Shown in pieces: positions 25,323 through 29,628 of a stretch of 29,628 nucleotides of DNA (positions are counted from its first letter, which is position 1; the number at the start of each line of letters is the position of its first letter). The stretch is taken from positions 1-29,628 of the IMG/VR virus record IMGVR_UViG_3300038416_000073, one strand, 5' to 3'. The notes below the pieces were generated by a model. It saw only the letters and a list, made by a program, of their open reading frames with translations, searched no databases and was not told where the DNA came from. The position numbers and the translations under genes are program-made. Source of the stretch: a virus. Its lineage: Duplodnaviria > Caudoviricetes.

Positions 25323-26947
25323 TGCCGACACAGGTGGACATTTCGTCGGGTCTTGTACCAAGTGCGCCGCCTATGGGTGGGCAAGGTATTGATCTGTCTG
25401 CCGGTTTTGTGCCAGCAGATCCAAATGCGGGAATTACATCCGCTTTGGATCGTTTTCAATCGCGTCGAGATATCGCCGCTCGTGAACAATGGATGCGCAC
25501 GCCTCATGGCGGCGGTCCCGCGCCATTCATGGGACAAGGCGAGTCGGAACGATTCAAGATGCACGCTGGAACTGTGATTCCCGAGGCGCTACCCGTTGCG
25601 GGCATGACGGTCGGAAGTATTGCTGGCGGTGCGGTGGGAGGCCCGCCGGGCGCAATGGTCGGGTCGATGGCGCTTGGGGCGGCAGGCGAATATGGTCGCC
25701 AGAAGCTCGAAGATGAGGAAACCAGCCCCGGCAAGATTTACGACGTTGGCGTGGGTAGCGGTCTCGCGGAAACTGGCGGCGCGTTGCTTACCAAGGGTGT
25801 TACGAAGGGCTTAGAAGCTGTTGCCGGATCGAGTCGCGCCAATATCCTCATTGATCGGTTGCTCAAGCCGTCCGTGAAGAAGCTCATCTTGGGTACTAAA
25901 ACCAAGGTGGACACAGCCGATGCAATCGCTAGTGAAGTGAATAAGGTTGCCGGGAATGCGCATACTCTGCCACAACTCAAAACAAAAGTCGATTCCGCAA
26001 TTGAGGATTTGACGATCAAGACGCAGAAAATTGTCGATTCTTATGCTCCGCAATACGTTGAGTCCAGCGTTTCGCCCGCCGCGAAGGCTGGCGGCGCTAT
26101 CTCAACTCCCGGTGAAGTTCTCCCGCCAGCATCGCGGATGCTGACCTCTGGCGCTTCGCAACTGACGGCGGGAAGCGAAATCGCTGCGGCAGGTAAACCA
26201 GCACTTACACCTTCCGAAATCGCTGCGGTGACTGGCAGGACAGCAACTCCATCGGCGGCGGGTGGAACGCCGACTGTTAAGATGTTTACCAAGCAGGGCG
26301 GTATTCCGCTGCGTAGTATTCTACGGGCAAGCGCCAACAAGACGGCGAACGAACTGAGCGAAACCGAAGTTGCCAACAAGAATAAGGTTGTGGCCCGGCT
26401 GGCACAGATGATTTATCAGCACGCCGGAAAGCCGGAAATCACGCCCTCGGAGGCGCTTCAGTTGCGGCGCTGGCTCTATTCCAGCGTCAAGTGGCCGAAG
26501 GCTGCGCTGGGGATGCGCGATGATATTTACAGTGCCTTGAATCGCCAGATCGAAGTGTTTCTGCAACCCGAGGATGCAGCAGCATTCAAGGCAAACAACG
26601 CTTCGGTTCACAAATTACTCAGGGCGCGGGATGCTATTGATCTCCGCAGCCTTGAGCAGAACCGCCGGGGCGTACATCTTACTCATCGTTGGTGGGTATT
26701 GCCGCTTGTAGGTTCCAGCGCCGGGGGTGCTCTCGGCTATGCTGCTGGGGGCGGAAAGGGTGCTGCAGAGGGTGCTGGAATCGGAGCAGGAATAGGCGAA
26801 TTGGGATCATTGGGATTCGGTATGGCGGAAAGCCCTGGAGGATTGCTGGCGCAGTCGGCAGTAAGCAGAACAGCATCGAAAGCGGCGCAAAAGGCTTTAC
26901 CGCTTGCCAAGAAGGCGGCGCAGACGTTCTTTGGAACTCAACCGTAG
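25322..26947 (+). CDS. Putative ejection/internal virion protein 3
   Basis: Repeated DLS.G.VP N-terminal motif; two glycine-zipper segments; A/G-rich. Confidence 0.75.
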   Translation: MPTQVDISSGLVPSAPPMGGQGIDLSAGFVPADPNAGITSALDRFQSRRDIAAREQWMRTPHGGGPAPFMGQGESERFKMHAGTVIPEALPVAGMTVGSIAGGAVGGPPGAMVGSMALGAAGEYGRQKLEDEETSPGKIYDVGVGSGLAETGGALLTKGVTKGLEAVAGSSRANILIDRLLKPSVKKLILGTKTKVDTADAIASEVNKVAGNAHTLPQLKTKVDSAIEDLTIKTQKIVDSYAPQYVESSVSPAAKAGGAISTPGEVLPPASRMLTSGASQLTAGSEIAAAGKPALTPSEIAAVTGRTATPSAAGGTPTVKMFTKQGGIPLRSILRASANKTANELSETEVANKNKVVARLAQMIYQHAGKPEITPSEALQLRRWLYSSVKWPKAALGMRDDIYSALNRQIEVFLQPEDAAAFKANNASVHKLLRARDAIDLRSLEQNRRGVHLTHRWWVLPLVGSSAGGALGYAAGGGKGAAEGAGIGAGIGELGSLGFGMAESPGGLLAQSAVSRTASKAAQKALPLAKKAAQTFFGTQP

Positions 26948-26971
26948 TACAATTCAACCGAGGAGAAACGT

Positions 26972-27172
26972 ATGTCCAGAGATGTAGGCACTTTCGAGGA
27001 ATCCAAGCGCGTGCAGGCCATGCTGGAGTCGCGCGAAGCCGGCGCTTCAGAGAGCGGTCCCGGTCCGTCCAGTATGAACTGGCAGCAGACGTTTAAGGGC
27101 GGCAAGGTGCAGCCCACGTTTAAGACGTTCACAAAACCACCGAAGGGCCAAGTCAGAACCCACATGGAGTAG
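26972..27172 (+). CDS. Small hypothetical protein
   Basis: GAGGAG RBS. Confidence 0.65.
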   Translation: MSRDVGTFEESKRVQAMLESREAGASESGPGPSSMNWQQTFKGGKVQPTFKTFTKPPKGQVRTHME

Positions 27173-27175
27173 GCC

Positions 27176-27313
27176 ATGCCGCTCAAGAAAGGCACATCTC
27201 GCAAGACGTTCTCGAAGAACGTCTCTGAAATGGTCCGCGCTGGACATCCACAGAAGCAGGCCGTGGCCGCAGCTTATGCGGAGAAACGGAAGTCGCAGCG
27301 CAAGAAAGGCTGA
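27176..27313 (+). CDS. 45-aa basic phage protein ([34 protein letters not shown]...)
   Basis: Recalled widespread phage motif MPLKKG.S....S.N..E....G.PQKQAVA.A; not in the ORF track. Confidence 0.85.
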   Translation: MPLKKGTSRKTFSKNVSEMVRAGHPQKQAVAAAYAEKRKSQRKKG

Positions 27314-28597
27314 TTGCGTGTGCGGATTGCACTCGTTTCCGCCGATGGCTCCGGTGCCTGGTTCCTCTTGCGCTTGATGCGCGAAGGAAACTCGTGCGAC
27401 TACTATCTCACCACAGAGGACAAGACGGCGCGGGGCATGGCGGGGTTGGTTCCCGAACCCATCCATAATGCGCCGAAAAGCTGGAAACAGTACGATCTGG
27501 TCGTCTTCGACGGCAATTCCGACGGCGAACTGGCCGACAAGATTCGCAAGCAGACCAATGTTCTCGGCTGCTCGGAACTGAGTTGCCGCCTCGAAGATGA
27601 CCGCCTGTTCGGCCTCGAAGCCATGCAACAAATGGGCATCGAGGTTCCCACCTACGAACCCTTCGACAATCCTAAAGACGCGCGCAAGTACATCTCCGAG
27701 AACCCGGATCGCTACGTTTACAAGCCCTTCCAAGACCCCGGCGAGCTTGAAATCGACTCGTCAGTAACATATGTCGCCCATTCTCCTTCTGACATGGAGC
27801 GTTCGTTAGATCGGCTATTCCGCGAGTCGAAGGGCGCTCCATTCCTTTTGCAGAAGTTTGTCGAGGGCACGGAGATCAGCGTCGAGGGTTGGTTTGACGG
27901 GTCGAATTTCCACTTCGTTAACGCCACGCTAGAGGAAAAGAAGTTTCTGGCAGGCGGCTTGGGACCGAATACCGGTTGTGCGGGCAATATCGTTTGGCCG
28001 TTTCGGGGAGTGCCTCTGGTATTCGGGCGCGGTTTGATGAAGGGAACCGAATGGTTGCGCGAACACAATTACCGGGGCATGATCGACCTCAATACCATCG
28101 TTACCCGCAATCAGGTATATGGCTTGGAGTGGACGCCGCGCCTGGGCTTTCATGCCAGCGCCACACTGCTCAATATGCTCACGACACCCTGGGGCGAGTT
28201 TCTGGCGCAGTTTGCTGAGGCGCCGGAGGGTGGAATCGACTCAATAGGCGAGGTAGATGCCGATTTTGGGGCAGGAATCGATGTGAGCGTGCCGCCGTTC
28301 CCCGAAATCAAGGCAAAAGCGGATGCCGGCTTGCCGGTTGAGGGCATCGACCCAGAGGAGGCATGGCGCGACTGCTACCTCTACGACGCCATGATGCCGG
28401 ATGGCGATTTAGTGACGGCGGGCATCAACGGCGATATTGGCTGCGTGCTTGCTAAGGGTTACACTTTCCGAGGCGCATGGGCAAACGCGCTGGAGCAGGT
28501 GAAAAAGATAAAAGCACCTGATTTACAATGGCGGATAGACCTCGAAACCAGCACAGGCCAGCGTTACCGGAAGTTGCAGGAGCAAGGGTGGATTTGA
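27314..28597 (+). CDS. Divergent PurD (GAR synthetase)-like ATP-grasp ligase
   Basis: LEDDR, YVYKP, LQKFVEGTEIS, EEKK...GLGPNTGCAG, YRGMIDLN, LEWTPRLG align by eye with PurD motifs; lacks GSGGREH. Confidence 0.85.
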   Translation: MRVRIALVSADGSGAWFLLRLMREGNSCDYYLTTEDKTARGMAGLVPEPIHNAPKSWKQYDLVVFDGNSDGELADKIRKQTNVLGCSELSCRLEDDRLFGLEAMQQMGIEVPTYEPFDNPKDARKYISENPDRYVYKPFQDPGELEIDSSVTYVAHSPSDMERSLDRLFRESKGAPFLLQKFVEGTEISVEGWFDGSNFHFVNATLEEKKFLAGGLGPNTGCAGNIVWPFRGVPLVFGRGLMKGTEWLREHNYRGMIDLNTIVTRNQVYGLEWTPRLGFHASATLLNMLTTPWGEFLAQFAEAPEGGIDSIGEVDADFGAGIDVSVPPFPEIKAKADAGLPVEGIDPEEAWRDCYLYDAMMPDGDLVTAGINGDIGCVLAKGYTFRGAWANALEQVKKIKAPDLQWRIDLETSTGQRYRKLQEQGWI

Positions 28598-28974
28598 TGG
28601 ATATTCGTTTGTACGACATCCCGCATAATCAACATCGTTATGAAACGGTAGGCGATTGGAAGACGGCAGACGGCGATTTGACAGAAGTTGTCGTAAGTAC
28701 CATGCAGCCGGAGGACTACAGTTTTCTTGTAGCCTTGCATGAACTCGTGGAAGGTTGGCTTTGCGTGAAGCGCGGCATCACACATGAAGAGGTAACGGCA
28801 TTCGATGAAGCTTATGAAGTGCAACGACCAGAGGGTGACGAGTCAGAGCCGGGTGATTCAGAGTTAGCCCCTTACCGAAAGGAGCATCGCTTCGCTACAC
28901 GGATTGAGCGCATGATGGCAAAAGAGTTGGGCGTGAATTGGAGGGAATATGACAAAATGGTTGCTTCTCTTTAG
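28597..28974 (+). CDS. Putative metal-dependent hydrolase (HExxE)
   Basis: RYETVGDW, VALHELVE, EPGD..APY..EH.FA; TGATG coupling to the ATP-grasp gene. Confidence 0.75.
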   Translation: MDIRLYDIPHNQHRYETVGDWKTADGDLTEVVVSTMQPEDYSFLVALHELVEGWLCVKRGITHEEVTAFDEAYEVQRPEGDESEPGDSELAPYRKEHRFATRIERMMAKELGVNWREYDKMVASL

Positions 28975-29628
28975 TCTGCTGTTCCCGCTGATTCTTACCG
29001 CTCAAACCACGAGCCTGACCGCGACAATTACCGACAGCACGAGCACTGTCTGGGTTGCGGGAACCTACTCCATCCAATTTGTTCCGGTGCCGAATATGCC
29101 CAATAACTACTCCTGGCAGGGCGCAAAGTTTGTGCCGCAGAAGTACACCGGCACCATGAATGGAAGCGGAACCTTTTCGGTAACTCTCCCTGACAATAAC
29201 ACCATCACGCCCGCCCGGACACAGTGGCAATTCACGCTCTGCTCAAACACTTCCGCTCCGTGTTCGACCATCATTACGCCAATTACCGGCGCAAGCGAAA
29301 ACCTGTCCACTTTCTTCTCTTCGCGTGTCACCGCGCCTACCATTTTTGCTGCCGCTGTGCCGCGTGCTTATTCTTCCAATGAAGTAGCGCCGCCGCCGCT
29401 CAATCAGGGTGGCGAATTCTTCCGAGTGACAAATAACCTTCTCTATTTGTGGACAGGATCGGCGTGGATTTCATTTGGCGGTTCGGGATGCATCGTGTCT
29501 GGCTTTGCCAATCAGATTGTCATCAATAGCGGTAGCGTGAGCTGTTTGGCTTCAACCGCGACGGCCGATACCAGTGGAAACATCAATACTCCCGGCTCCG
29601 TCACCGCTGGTTCTGTGAATGGCTTGAC
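28949..29628 (+). CDS. Fibre/virion-like protein with a signal peptide, partial (runs off right edge)
   Basis: Manual translation MTKWLLLFSLLFPLILTAQTTSLTATITDSTSTVW...GTFSVTLPDNNTITPARTQWQF...; GGAGG RBS. Confidence 0.75.
   Translation, partial: MTKWLLLFSLLFPLILTAQTTSLTATITDSTSTVWVAGTYSIQFVPVPNMPNNYSWQGAKFVPQKYTGTMNGSGTFSVTLPDNNTITPARTQWQFTLCSNTSAPCSTIITPITGASENLSTFFSSRVTAPTIFAAAVPRAYSSNEVAPPPLNQGGEFFRVTNNLLYLWTGSAWISFGGSGCIVSGFANQIVINSGSVSCLASTATADTSGNINTPGSVTAGSVNGL

Larger units (their letters stand above)
1..29628. mobile_element. Tailed phage/prophage genome segment (podovirus-like morphogenesis module); ends not in window
   Basis: TerS-TerL-portal-scaffold-MCP-tail-adaptor-ejection gene order; no tape measure, sheath or baseplate genes; divergent arm of small genes. 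Confidence 0.95.

Noticed and set aside
26175-26250. Short internal duplication (SEIAA..twice) in ejection protein 3
   Set aside because: Two-copy low-complexity linker repeat with no sign of a separate function
27314-28597. Calling the ATP-grasp gene purD, or as evidence of a Z-genome (PurZ)
   Set aside because: The PRA-binding N-terminal motif is missing; PurZ is a PurA homologue, not an ATP-grasp PurD homologue

Overview
The window is an internal segment of a tailed dsDNA phage or prophage genome with a podovirus-like virion module. No host housekeeping genes, tRNAs, CRISPR array, DNA polymerase, intact integrase or lysis genes are visible. Positions 1-4937 form a leftward arm of small, tightly coupled genes: an SSB-like protein, Zn-finger proteins, many small membrane proteins and an N-terminally truncated serine recombinase. 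Positions ~4950-6070 are a divergent control region with four NrdR-box-like palindromes, a XerC-like half site and a run of GC-rich hairpins. From 6073 onward everything is rightward: RHH/HNH genes, an Ig-like protein, a GroES with a DnaJ-type zinc finger inserted in its mobile loop, TerS, TerL, portal, scaffold, decoration and major capsid genes, then tail, collagen-fibre, adaptor and three ejection-type proteins. The window ends with a divergent PurD-like ATP-grasp ligase, an HExxE metallo-hydrolase and the start of a signal-peptide-bearing fibre-like protein. An Acidobacteriota host is inferred only from recalled protein-family resemblance. The most notable observations are the GroES-DnaJ chimera, the ATP-grasp/metallo-hydrolase pair in the virion operon, a gene-cassette array joined by chimeric translated linker minigenes, the NrdR-like box array, and an HNH gene nested inside an intact RHH frame. 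All family calls are by eye; no database search was run.
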